Positions 43,166 through 52,370 are shown, counted from the first letter of the stretch. The stretch is DNA of 64,000 nucleotides from an uncultured Verrucomicrobiae bacterium (GCA_963813135.1 CAWEXY010000021.1:32001-96000); one strand, 5' to 3'. The notes: a model not told the origin generated them from the letters alone. Numbers and translations: made by a program.

Positions 43166-44439
43166 GCTTCTTGCATTAAATGCAACCTTCTTTCTTTAAT
43201 AAAAAGAAAGGTTATCAATGAAATTACAGCAGAACTTGCAATAAGCAAAACAAAAGTAGCGATATCACCTATATGGTTAGTAAGAAACAGAGCAAGTAAT
43301 GGAGTGAACCCACCAATTACACTATCACATAGATTGAAACTCATTCCAAGACCAGTATAACGTGTTGAGGTTGGGAACAGCTCTGCAAGCAGGCAAGGCA
43401 ACAATGCAAACTGAATGTTTAATAAAAGCATGAGTATTAACTCAAATATAGTAGTAAACAAGACTGACGACTGAGATGCGGCAAAATAAAAAGGAAATGA
43501 ACAGGCCATCATGCCAACAGCGCTTCCAATTAGTAGCTTCTTGACTTTGTACTTATCACCTAATCTCCCTAGTAATGGTAAGGTTATTGTTGACAACGCC
43601 ATTGCGGAAGTAGCTATTAACAAATTTTCTGACAAACTAATTTTAAGAACCTTATTAAAATAGATACCTAAAAAAACAGAAAACATATAAAAACCAACTA
43701 CATCGAGAAATGAGGCAAAAAAGCCAAAAGAGATCTCCTTTTTATGCCTCAATATAGATTCAATAATTGGCTTATGCAAAACTCTTCTTTTTTCTTCTAA
43801 ACGTTTAAACGCCGGGGTTTCTTTAAGCTTATGCCGAATAAAATAACCAAACAAACCGAGTAGACCTCCAATAATAAAAGAAAGTCGCCACCCCCAGCTT
43901 AGCAGAGCCTCGTGAGGTATATATTTTTCAAAAAAATAACACTCAAGCATGCTAATAATCACACCAATCTGTGGGCCAAAAAACGAAAAGCTACACACGT
44001 ATGATCGCCTTCCGGGAGGCGCACATTCCGCTAAGTAGCACATCGCACCTGGTAACTCCCCTCCCGCAGGAAGCCCTTGCAGAAATCGTAATATACAGAG
44101 GATGATAGGAGCTGCTATCCCCATTTCGTAAGATGGAACCATTCCCATAGCAAAGCTAGGTAAGATCATTAGAGTGATAGACCTAATGAAAGATGTTTTT
44201 CTTCCATATTTATCACCGATATGACCAAATATAAGACCACCTATCGGACGTGCAAGAAATCCAACAAAAAACACAAAAAGAGTTTTCATTAAAGAGACTG
44301 TTTCTGAGTCAGAACTAAAGAAAAGCTTAGAAATTAATGGTGCCCAATACACATACAAAAAAAGTTCATACCACTCTATAACTCCACCAATTGTGGTAGC
44401 CATTATAACAAATGCCTGATCTCTCTTGGAGTGTGTCAA
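43162..44439 (-). CDS. MFS transporter, MHS (ProP-like) family
   Basis: Motifs GGVIEWYE, RPIGGLIFGHIGDKYGRK, RFLQG..GGE, WGWRL.F, ETPAF and ELFPT..RYTG. TTG start after a GGGG RBS. Confidence 0.92.
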   Translation of the reverse strand: MTHSKRDQAFVIMATTIGGVIEWYELFLYVYWAPLISKLFFSSDSETVSLMKTLFVFFVGFLARPIGGLIFGHIGDKYGRKTSFIRSITLMILPSFAMGMVPSYEMGIAAPIILCILRFLQGLPAGGELPGAMCYLAECAPPGRRSYVCSFSFFGPQIGVIISMLECYFFEKYIPHEALLSWGWRLSFIIGGLLGLFGYFIRHKLKETPAFKRLEEKRRVLHKPIIESILRHKKEISFGFFASFLDVVGFYMFSVFLGIYFNKVLKISLSENLLIATSAMALSTITLPLLGRLGDKYKVKKLLIGSAVGMMACSFPFYFAASQSSVLFTTIFELILMLLLNIQFALLPCLLAELFPTSTRYTGLGMSFNLCDSVIGGFTPLLALFLTNHIGDIATFVLLIASSAVISLITFLFIKERRLHLMQEA

Positions 44440-44610
44440 TTAACCCCGCTTTTCATTTGCTGGACGCCTGAGTATTACTAATATTTGGTCAACAATATAT
44501 TGTCGACGTTTTTTAGAAATTGAAGCGCAGCATGCAATGTCAGCCTCAGACGACAACTGTTTTTCGCATTATGAATGGACTGAAATAGGAGCTAGCTCAA
44601 TTGGAATAAA

Positions 44611-45420
44611 TCAGAATCGGAATATGAATTCCAACCGCGAACCTACGTTAAAGAAAGACCCTTTTATATCCAGACGTTGGTAATAGGGTTGGAATTGAAC
44701 ATCCCAATTGCCCGTATCGCCTACATGCCAAGTCATAGGCATTCCTATTTCATAGCCCCAAAAATTGTCGAGATGCCACGATTTGTTGTGCTTAGCATCA
44801 ATCCTCTGATAGGTCTTTGCATGAAATGCATAATTGACCTTCGCATTCAAGCCCAAGTCAAAACCGCTTGTGATTTGCTGGTTTGCACGAAGTCCCACAG
44901 TCGTATAATACCAGTTGGTATGTAAATCGACTTTCGCGCAGGGTTGCAAATAAGAAAAGCCGATTCCAGCAAAAGGTGTTAAAGAGAACGTGCTGCAGTT
45001 AAAAGCATAGCCTAATCGACTTTCTCCGTTTCCATAGATACCCGTTGCATCTCTCCCACGAAGCTTCGTTCTTTTTTTAGGTATTTTGTGCTTGGGCCTT
45101 TCCGGCATTGGGGCATACCACTTTTCACTAAATCTTGAAGGCCCTATGGCATAGACACCATCAATACCGAAGTAGACAGAATCAGGAGTGAAATACTCAT
45201 AGCCGATCTGAGGCCCCGCTAAGAGACTCTTGTATGTCTGTTTATGAGATGCATCCTTGATGTAAAATCGTTGCAACAAAATATCAGCTCCCGCACGAAA
45301 ATGGTGAGGACTTTCCATCGGGCTGGTTTCTGATGTTTCGCTATCTGCAAATGCTGCGGATACAAGAACCGTTGATAGAATTGCTAAACGTTTCACAAGC
45401 TTCTCCTTTTTTATAGACAT
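44611..45420 (-). CDS. Outer-membrane beta-barrel protein
   Basis: Signal peptide ending AAFA, alternating beta-strand pattern (ESRLGYAF, LTPFAGIGFSY, WGYEIGMP) and C-terminal Phe (LEFIFRF). Confidence 0.75.
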   Translation of the reverse strand: MSIKKEKLVKRLAILSTVLVSAAFADSETSETSPMESPHHFRAGADILLQRFYIKDASHKQTYKSLLAGPQIGYEYFTPDSVYFGIDGVYAIGPSRFSEKWYAPMPERPKHKIPKKRTKLRGRDATGIYGNGESRLGYAFNCSTFSLTPFAGIGFSYLQPCAKVDLHTNWYYTTVGLRANQQITSGFDLGLNAKVNYAFHAKTYQRIDAKHNKSWHLDNFWGYEIGMPMTWHVGDTGNWDVQFQPYYQRLDIKGSFFNVGSRLEFIFRF

Positions 45421-45499
45421 GAAGGCAGAAGCTTACATCAACCCAATCAATTAATCATCTTAACAAATAAATTGATATAAAATAATAAATGATTTTAAT

Positions 45500-45640
45500 A
45501 AAACCTCGAAAGGATAACATTCCTTTAATAATTTCTTCTTCGATGCTCACCATTATTTCCTGTAAACAAAGCCTTCAGGAGGAATATGGGCCACATGAGA
45601 AAAATCGGGCACAGGGTTACCAAAATTTACTCATCAAGAA
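45500..45640 (-). pseudogene. Decayed orphan toxin C-terminus plus immunity-gene stub
   Basis: The minus strand reads FLDE/(frameshift)/NFGNPVPDFSHVAHIPPEGFVYRK*. Its TAA overlaps an ATG (TAATG, 45551-45555) that begins MVSIEEEIIKGMLSF and then runs into AT-rich DNA. Confidence 0.45.
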
Positions 45641-45643
45641 AAT

Positions 45644-45835
45644 CTAAACAGCTACAAATTGTTTGCTCGAAACACCGTATTTTTCTTGCGCCATCTCAAA
45701 AGCTTCAGCCAAAGAATCGAGCAAATAATCAGCAGACGATTTTGATAAAGTCGGATTTTTGTAAATGATCAGATAAAAACCCACCAAATCTTCCTTTATA
45801 ACTAACTTAATTGAACTGCTTTCAAAAATATACAC
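45644..45835 (-). CDS. Putative orphan immunity protein (start uncertain or 5'-eroded)
   Basis: Small ORF with pattern 'GFYLIIY...DYLLDSLAEAFEMAQEKYGV', of a type seen beside polymorphic toxins. It lies downstream of a toxin/immunity pair. Confidence 0.5.
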   Translation of the reverse strand: MYIFESSSIKLVIKEDLVGFYLIIYKNPTLSKSSADYLLDSLAEAFEMAQEKYGVSSKQFVAV

Positions 45836-46005
45836 TTTAATACTTGTTAATCTTAACGATTTTCGGCCCTTTATTTTTGACTATGTCAAAACCTAGCTCA
45901 AGAGAAACTGATTTTTCGCATTAAGAATAGACCGAAAATGAAGGCTAGCTCATTGACGCAAGCCTCTATTTGTAAAAGGACTGATCTATAGTGAGCAGGT
46001 CACTC

Positions 46006-46245
46006 TTATTCGTCTTTGATAATAAGTTTCTGCACACGAGGACTAAAGTTTTTGACATTTTCTTCATTATAAATACATAACGTGATTTCTTTTTTATAAT
46101 CTTCGCTGGAAAGATGATGATGATCTGCTGATGGATTTTCAATAAGCTGCTTAGCGTAACCAATCAACTGCTTCAATTCTTCTTTTGTAAAGAAGAGCGT
46201 TACCATATCTAGTTTACCGCCTGATTCATCGTTTAATATACGCAT
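46006..46245 (-). CDS. Putative cognate immunity protein (Imm32-like)
   Basis: 79-aa ORF (MRILNDES...) starting 11 bp after the toxin stop, with 'FTKEELKQL..Y..QLI...DHHHLSSEDY.KEIT'. Confidence 0.65.
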   Translation of the reverse strand: MRILNDESGGKLDMVTLFFTKEELKQLIGYAKQLIENPSADHHHLSSEDYKKEITLCIYNEENVKNFSPRVQKLIIKDE

Positions 46246-46256
46246 AAAATTAACTC

Positions 46257-47822
46257 TCAATTGTGTGGTACATCAAAGGGATATATTTGACCAGATCCTA
46301 TCCAGTCGCCATTAACATATTTCTCAACGTGCATATGAGGATTATTATGTGGATCTGGCCTGTTAAAATCAAATCTAACTCTTCTATTACCATCCTTAGA
46401 TAAAAAAACAGGATCTCCAGCATTATTTTTGATTAGCTGAGAACCTTCTCCCAGATAGGAATTAATCGCCTTCTCGGCCTCCAACAATTTTGTGCTATTG
46501 GCCCGCAATGCTGGGTTTTGCACAAGCAATTCGGATAAAGCAGTTTGGCCAACTTTGCCAACCTCTATGGCGGTAGCTCCAGCCTGCTCAGTACGCCAGA
46601 AACTCGTCACTCGACCCCAAAGTGTCAATTGCTGGACTGGTGCTTGTTGAGGAAGAATAGGAAGCTCGAGTTTGGTTAATTGAATTGGAGGATGCTCTCT
46701 ACGAGCTTGCTCAGCTTCCGGTGTATATTCTGGAGCTTTGTTCGTTGAGTAAATTGCATCGACTTTTTTATGCCCCGCTTGAGAATCCTCTTCCCACTTT
46801 TGGCCCGCCGCTTCAGATTTTTTGGCTAAATCATCGCTGACTACTGCTCCGATGGTTTCGCCTGTTTTGTAAAATGAGGAAACATACTTGCTTAGGCCAT
46901 CCCAAAAATCATGGACTGTTCGCGAAAAAAAATGAGTAAGAAATCCCTTTGTTTCTGGTGGAGGATCATTGGTCTTTGCATTCTCTTCTTGTTTCTCTAG
47001 AGGTAAGGAGGGGCGTTCATCGCCTAAATCCAACAAAGATGGATGGCTCAACTTATCAATTATCGGCTGGTTTGAGGATGTGCCCCCTGCAAAGCTGGTA
47101 GGGAGAACGGGCTGCGAAGGCATAAAATGTCCAGTATTTTCGGGAGAAAAATTATATTTCTGGTGATGAGGAAAGGGCGAAGGCTCCTGATTTTGAGGAA
47201 ATAAATTTTGGTGAGGTTGCGACAGATTGCTAAAGGAAGGAGTCGAGGGTGCAGGCTGCACATAATGGGTTTTGGGAGGAGACGATGGAGCGAAATAGGG
47301 GTGGGGATTGGGATTCGAACCTTGAAGCTGCTGCGCAAAGCTAGGGGTAGGTGCTCCGCCTCCAACTATCGGGATATGCACTTCATTGCCACCACCTCCA
47401 ATTCCGCTGTGGGTATTGTTTTTGAACCATTTTCTAGTTTTATGGTAAATTCGTTTAACTCCTTTTTTTGTTTTTTTCCACAAACTCTTTTCTACAACAA
47501 CTATTTTGGAATAAGTACCGGATATCGGATCATAATGACGCGAAATATCGATCGACTCATCGACATCATCGTCATCTGCAAATAGGTCTTCAAGATCGTT
47601 AAGAATTTCAGCTTTGAGTAAAGTGGCGTGTTCGGGATTTGACCGATCAATTGCTTGGAAAGCGAAGGCTGCCTCTTGTATGAGGCGTATTCGAAAATCA
47701 TCGTAAACTTGGCTGATGTTTCTTCCGCGCCACTCCACTCCTAACTTATCAAGTTCGATGAGGTCTTCTGCTGTAAAACCTAAATCATAATAAACATCTG
47801 ATCCAATGCTCTCTGTAGACAT
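46257..47822 (-). CDS. Putative polymorphic toxin with a His-rich C-terminal nuclease-like tip
   Basis: Strong RBS GGAGG. Acidic N-terminus, basic patch, P/S/Q-rich linker, and C-terminal 'YLGEG..IKNNAGDPVFLSKDGNRRVRFDFNRPDPHNNPHMHVE' typical of RHS/CdiA toxin tips. Followed by a small immunity-like gene. Confidence 0.7.
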   Translation of the reverse strand: MSTESIGSDVYYDLGFTAEDLIELDKLGVEWRGRNISQVYDDFRIRLIQEAAFAFQAIDRSNPEHATLLKAEILNDLEDLFADDDDVDESIDISRHYDPISGTYSKIVVVEKSLWKKTKKGVKRIYHKTRKWFKNNTHSGIGGGGNEVHIPIVGGGAPTPSFAQQLQGSNPNPHPYFAPSSPPKTHYVQPAPSTPSFSNLSQPHQNLFPQNQEPSPFPHHQKYNFSPENTGHFMPSQPVLPTSFAGGTSSNQPIIDKLSHPSLLDLGDERPSLPLEKQEENAKTNDPPPETKGFLTHFFSRTVHDFWDGLSKYVSSFYKTGETIGAVVSDDLAKKSEAAGQKWEEDSQAGHKKVDAIYSTNKAPEYTPEAEQARREHPPIQLTKLELPILPQQAPVQQLTLWGRVTSFWRTEQAGATAIEVGKVGQTALSELLVQNPALRANSTKLLEAEKAINSYLGEGSQLIKNNAGDPVFLSKDGNRRVRFDFNRPDPHNNPHMHVEKYVNGDWIGSGQIYPFDVPHN

Positions 47823-47835
47823 ACTACCTCCAAAT

Positions 47836-49116
47836 TTATAAACTTCCTAAACTATCTTCTAATTGGGTTTTCATCAAAAAGCTTTCAAATAGCTGCATTC
47901 CTTGTTGAAATTTATCCAACGTAATGGCTCTAAGGAAATCCTCGATAAGGATTCGATCGAAAGCAGACCCGCCCTGTAAAAAGTAGGTTCTATAAGTTGT
48001 TATAAGGCTTTCATAAAGAAACTCAGGAGGCTGCTGGGCCAGGCTTTCGTTAATTTCTGCTTTCAATTGATCCAGTTGCTGTTGGGTTATCGCAGAAAAG
48101 TCAAGCTTCTTAAAAATGCTTTTCAGCTCGTTTAGCGACTTTTCATAATTGGTATCGGGAAGGGTGAAAGTTAAGCGCAATATCGAAGGAAAAGATATCG
48201 TTTCGATGGAGGGATCGCTCAAAGATGTTTCCTGGGTTGCCTGTTGAAGGGACTTTAGAAAATATCTAATTCCCATCGAAAATACGAACTGTTCTTCGGC
48301 TGTCATTTTGGGAAGAAAATACGAAAGAGAGAGCTGTGGCATCTTAAGAAGAGGACTTTGATACCCGAATATGAACACATCAGAAGTCTCAAGTTGGGGA
48401 ATAAAATCGACACAAGATCCTAAAGGGATGTCTACAAATAGCTTTTGTATGAGCTGTTGCGTTTCCTCCAAATCAACGTTACCTATAACCACAACGGCCG
48501 CGCGCTGCGGTTGATACCACGTGCGATGAAAATCCATTATTTGATCAACGGTTGCCCCGGAAATGTCTTGAACATCGCCAATGAGATGTTTGTCTTGGTA
48601 AGGAGAGTATTCGCTTGAAAGCCGCTCACGCTCAAATTTTTGTGAGGGATCCTCTTCATAGATCTCTTCGAAGATCTCTTTTTTCTCTGCTTGGAGAGTA
48701 TCCGGCATGATCTTGATGCTTTGAGGAATGTCAGAGAGCATAAGAAGGCCCGCAGCTAAATCAGGCGGGGGTATTTCGAAATGAAATTGCGTGTATTCGT
48801 AGGAAGAAAAAGCACTGTGATTAGCAGTTGGCCTCCATATAAGACAGTATTCGTTTTGTACTTCTACACCCTTGAATTTGAGACTGCGGCCAACTAAATG
48901 CTCCGTTAAGTGCGCAAATCCTTTTTCACCATCCCGTTCATAAGCTGAGCCTGCTCTAACGATGTAATCGATCGTGATGTATCTATGAAGAGAGGGGACG
49001 CGATGGATATAGTAAGTCAGGCCGTTCGGTAAATTCCCTACAAAAACAGACTGTTCTTCTGCATAAAGAGTAGCAAAGAGAAAGAAGAATATTCGCGCTA
49101 ACCTTAAGTTGACCAT
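47836..49116 (-). CDS. Exported M16 (insulinase/PqqL-like) zinc peptidase, half-size
   Basis: ATG 49116 with GAGG RBS gives signal peptide MVNLRLARIFFFLFATLYA. Motifs G.LPNGLTYYI, AGSAYE, inverted zinc motif GFAHLTEHL (HxxEH) and FHRTWYQP...VVVIGN. Confidence 0.8.
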   Translation of the reverse strand: MVNLRLARIFFFLFATLYAEEQSVFVGNLPNGLTYYIHRVPSLHRYITIDYIVRAGSAYERDGEKGFAHLTEHLVGRSLKFKGVEVQNEYCLIWRPTANHSAFSSYEYTQFHFEIPPPDLAAGLLMLSDIPQSIKIMPDTLQAEKKEIFEEIYEEDPSQKFERERLSSEYSPYQDKHLIGDVQDISGATVDQIMDFHRTWYQPQRAAVVVIGNVDLEETQQLIQKLFVDIPLGSCVDFIPQLETSDVFIFGYQSPLLKMPQLSLSYFLPKMTAEEQFVFSMGIRYFLKSLQQATQETSLSDPSIETISFPSILRLTFTLPDTNYEKSLNELKSIFKKLDFSAITQQQLDQLKAEINESLAQQPPEFLYESLITTYRTYFLQGGSAFDRILIEDFLRAITLDKFQQGMQLFESFLMKTQLEDSLGSL

Positions 49117-49176
49117 GGTCGACCTCAATTTGTCTGTCGACTGTACTTCTTCAAGCAAAATATTTGCTACAATTTT

Positions 49177-50400
49177 TTATCGGAAGGACAAGCCTATGCG
49201 CACAATGGCTGCTGGCTGTAAAGGCTCTCCAGGTAGAAATCCGATAGTTTTGCCGCCTAATTGAAAATACGCGGCTGTATGCGGCGACATCTTAATTTGT
49301 CCAATCAGAGAAAGCGCCATTCCGACATGGGTTTTATGTGGTTGGTGATCGAAATGATGTTCGGTCTCGAGTTTTTTGACTGAATAATGAAGATCTCGGA
49401 AGGCAGCATGGGGCTGATACCAAAGATCAAGACGAAGGCCCCAAGGAAGAGCTTGGATATTCCAAAGATAGGCGTGTTCTACCCCCGCACCGATAAAATT
49501 TTGATGCGAGTAATTTCCTGCCCGGAAATAAAAATAGATGGGCTTGCGATCTTTCACAAGGTAGTTATCGAGATAATATTCTGGACCAAAGGGAGTGAGC
49601 CCGAGTCTAACGCTGGGCAAGTATTTATAAGATCTGATGGGAATCATGGGAATGTGTGTGTGTTTCCCGCATACTACAAAGCGCCACCACGCATAAACAG
49701 AATAGTAGGTTAACGGGTCAAGAAGGCTAAATAGAGCTCGCTGACGGAGGGTTTTTACTTTGATGTGGCTTTTGTTGTATGTCTTATTGAGCAGATGGAC
49801 ATAGTGAGATACATCGCCGCCATCTTCGTTTTCCGATAACATGCTATAGACGGTCAAATCTTGCTGGGCATCGAAATAAAGCATGCTTTCTCGTGCGTCT
49901 ATATATCCCCTCTGAAACCATTTGAGAGCTAGCCTATTGGCGAGGATGGCTGTGGCCTCTACTCCGCCGCTTACCATACTTAGTTCTTCAAATACGGTTG
50001 TTTGACTTTCTCTTTCGCTGAAATGGGTTACGCCTCCTCCATCGCCATATGGAGATGGCAGATCAATCTTATAGCCGTGAACTTTTGCGCCATATGAATG
50101 CAGGCTTCTTATGCGAAACCCATGCCCGAAGACTTCATGCTGTGTCGTGACCCCTACAGCATCAATGGGATCCCAGAAAAGAAACAACTCTGCAAACCGG
50201 CCCAGCCCCGACCAGAAGTTTTGTTTCGTATCTTTGTGAAACTTAATGACGTCGTCTTGAAGATATTCCAGGCCGCGCTGAGCTGATATAATATTTTCAG
50301 CCCCTATGTAAGGAGAGAAGTATCTATCAACGATGGCCTCGTATTGAACATCTCCCAATAGAGAGCCTGTATAGAACAGAACGGGGATCCAACGCTTCAT
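49177..50400 (-). CDS. Exported protein with HExxGH motif and probable C-terminal beta-barrel (paralog of 40313..41518)
   Basis: Signal-like N-terminus. Shares FSPY.G.E, QHEVFGHG.R.RSL, TA.LANRL.L.W, RLGLTPFGPEYYL.NYL and Q.GGKT.GFLPGE with its paralog. Confidence 0.65.
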   Translation of the reverse strand: MKRWIPVLFYTGSLLGDVQYEAIVDRYFSPYIGAENIISAQRGLEYLQDDVIKFHKDTKQNFWSGLGRFAELFLFWDPIDAVGVTTQHEVFGHGFRIRSLHSYGAKVHGYKIDLPSPYGDGGGVTHFSERESQTTVFEELSMVSGGVEATAILANRLALKWFQRGYIDARESMLYFDAQQDLTVYSMLSENEDGGDVSHYVHLLNKTYNKSHIKVKTLRQRALFSLLDPLTYYSVYAWWRFVVCGKHTHIPMIPIRSYKYLPSVRLGLTPFGPEYYLDNYLVKDRKPIYFYFRAGNYSHQNFIGAGVEHAYLWNIQALPWGLRLDLWYQPHAAFRDLHYSVKKLETEHHFDHQPHKTHVGMALSLIGQIKMSPHTAAYFQLGGKTIGFLPGEPLQPAAIVRIGLSFR

Positions 50401-50582
50401 AAGATTTTCTTCTTGTGTTTCAAGAAGAATTCACGCGCAGAGATAAAATTGCAAGACTTATATTAAAGCTGGAAAATTCAAACTCGAAAGGATCGTAAGA
50501 GATTTACTTCCAAAAATCTCTCGCGTTTCATAAGATGCTTCTTTAACAGTCTTCGCAGCCAAAGTTCAGAGAGGAGGGATCT

Positions 50583-50826
50583 ATGGATATTGATGGAGTT
50601 TCTTTTGACGAGGTTCTAAGCTCATTGTCGGATGTGTCTAGCCGATATGGTGAAAAAGAAGTAGATTGGCGTGGAAGACGCATTCAATCCCATTTACCTA
50701 TAAACGCCTGCTCCTTTAATAACGGAAAAGGAAGGGAATTCCAGTTCCAAGACTACTCCAACTCATTCCAACCTTCTCAGCCATCATCTAGTCCTCTTGA
50801 TTTACCTCCCCCTCCGTCTTCAACAA
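50583..50826 (+). pseudogene. 5' part of a gene truncated by IS256
   Basis: GGAGG RBS and an ORF that runs into the IS left end at 50827. Its stop codon (TAG 50829-50831) is supplied by the IS terminus. Confidence 0.6.
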
Positions 50827-52248
50827 GGTAGTGTAACATTCAGTCTGTAAATTCAACTTCTCTATGCAAATGAGGAGTTGAAGAAAAAAGTTTGAGATCA
50901 CATTCTCTTAAGTTCGCAACAAAGGAGAAGTATGATCTCAAACAGCACGTTTGCCCCAGTTATTAACGCACTTATCGAGGAGCTTGCTCATCAAGGATTA
51001 GATGGACTAAGCGAACTCTTAAGCCGGCTCTTTAATGAGCTTATGAAGGCCGAAAGAGAACACGCTATCCAGGCAGCCTCTTATGAGCGCACCGAGGCAA
51101 GAAAAGGATATGCTAACGGATTTAAGGATAAAACTGTACAGAGCCGATTTGGAAAGCTGCAGCTGAGCGTCCCCAAAACGAGAGGAATCGCCTTCTACCC
51201 GCAATGTCTGGAGAAGGGAGAGCGCTCTGAAAGGGCACTCAAGCTGGCGATCGCAGAAATGTACGTACAAGGCGTATCGACTCGGCGAGTAGGAGCGATA
51301 GCGGAAGAACTTTGTGGCTTTGACCTCAGCTCGACCCAAGTCTCTAGAGTGGCGACGCTCTTAGACGAAGAGCTCGAGAAGTTCCGCCAGAGACCCCTAG
51401 ATGCCATAGTTTATCTTTATTTAGATGCTCACTATGAAAAGGTGCGTCACAATGGGCAGGTGAGAAGTCTGGCTGTGTTGAAGGCAGTGGGAGTGAACAA
51501 GCAAGGGCAGCGAGAGGTTCTAGGAGTATCATGCAGCCTATCTGAAGCAGAAGTACACTGGAGGACGTTCTTGGAAAGCCTTCTGAAGAGAGTGCTAAAA
51601 GGAGTAGAGTTGATCATCAGCGATGATCACTCCGGGCTGAAAGCTGCGCTACGAGCAACGCTTCCATCAGTCCCATGGCAGCGATGCCTGTTCCATCTGG
51701 CTCAAAATGCTCAAAGCTATGCGCCCAATCAGAGTATGCGAGAAGAGATCGGGCAAACTGTGAGAGATATTTATCAGGCACTGGATAGGCCGGAAGCCCA
51801 AAGGCGGGTCAAAGAAGCTGTTGGAAGGTATAGTCAAAAAGCGCCGAGGTTCTGTGAATGGCTAGAGGAGAATGCAGCAGAGGCGATGGCTTACTATAGC
51901 TTCCCTCGGGAGCACTGGAAAAAGATAAGAACGGTCAATGTCGTCGAAAGGTTAAATGAGGAGATCCGAAGGCGAACACGCGTGGCCCGCCTGTTCCCGA
52001 ATGAGGCCTCTTGTGAAAGACTCGTAACAGCCGTGGTATGTGAAATACACGAAGAGTGGGTCAGTGGAAAGAGGTATGTGACGTTCGAATAAAGCTTAAA
52101 AAGTAGGCTTATAAAAACAATAAGCGCCGGGACAGGCCGAGCAGCCCGCCAGGCAGCTCGGCGCAGGCCTGCCAGGCACGCAAAAAAGTGAAAAACTAGA
52201 GCTTGGGAGAAAAAATCTCAAATTTTACAGAAAAGATGTTGCTTAATC
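50827..52248 (+). mobile_element. IS256-family insertion sequence (1422 bp)
   Basis: Imperfect terminal IRs GGTAGTGTAACATTCAGTCTGTAAA (left) and GATTAAGCAACATCTTTTCTGTAAA (right, reverse complement) enclose a mutator-type transposase. No target duplication is visible. Confidence 0.9.
50932..52092 (+). CDS. IS256-family DDE transposase
   Basis: Motifs YANG, EMYVQGVSTRRV, YLYLDA.YEKVR, G.REVLG, ISDDHSGL, WQRC.FH and RTVNVVERLNEEIRRRT. Confidence 0.97.
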   Translation: MISNSTFAPVINALIEELAHQGLDGLSELLSRLFNELMKAEREHAIQAASYERTEARKGYANGFKDKTVQSRFGKLQLSVPKTRGIAFYPQCLEKGERSERALKLAIAEMYVQGVSTRRVGAIAEELCGFDLSSTQVSRVATLLDEELEKFRQRPLDAIVYLYLDAHYEKVRHNGQVRSLAVLKAVGVNKQGQREVLGVSCSLSEAEVHWRTFLESLLKRVLKGVELIISDDHSGLKAALRATLPSVPWQRCLFHLAQNAQSYAPNQSMREEIGQTVRDIYQALDRPEAQRRVKEAVGRYSQKAPRFCEWLEENAAEAMAYYSFPREHWKKIRTVNVVERLNEEIRRRTRVARLFPNEASCERLVTAVVCEIHEEWVSGKRYVTFE

Positions 52249-52370
52249 GTGCTGTTTGAGATCATACTTCTCCTTTGTTGCGAACTTAAGAGAATGTGAT
52301 CTCAAACTTTTTTCTTCAACTCCTCATTTGCATAGAGAGGTTAAATTTACAGACTGAATGTTACACTACC
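52248..52370 (-). repeat. Inverted 123-bp copy of the IS256 left end
   Basis: Reverse complement of 50827..50949 (left IR, leader and first six transposase codons) with two mismatches. It abuts the right IR. Confidence 0.92.

Noticed and set aside
52123..52182. GC-rich hairpin as an ncRNA
   Set aside because: It lies inside the IS256 3' region and is better explained as an element-internal structure.
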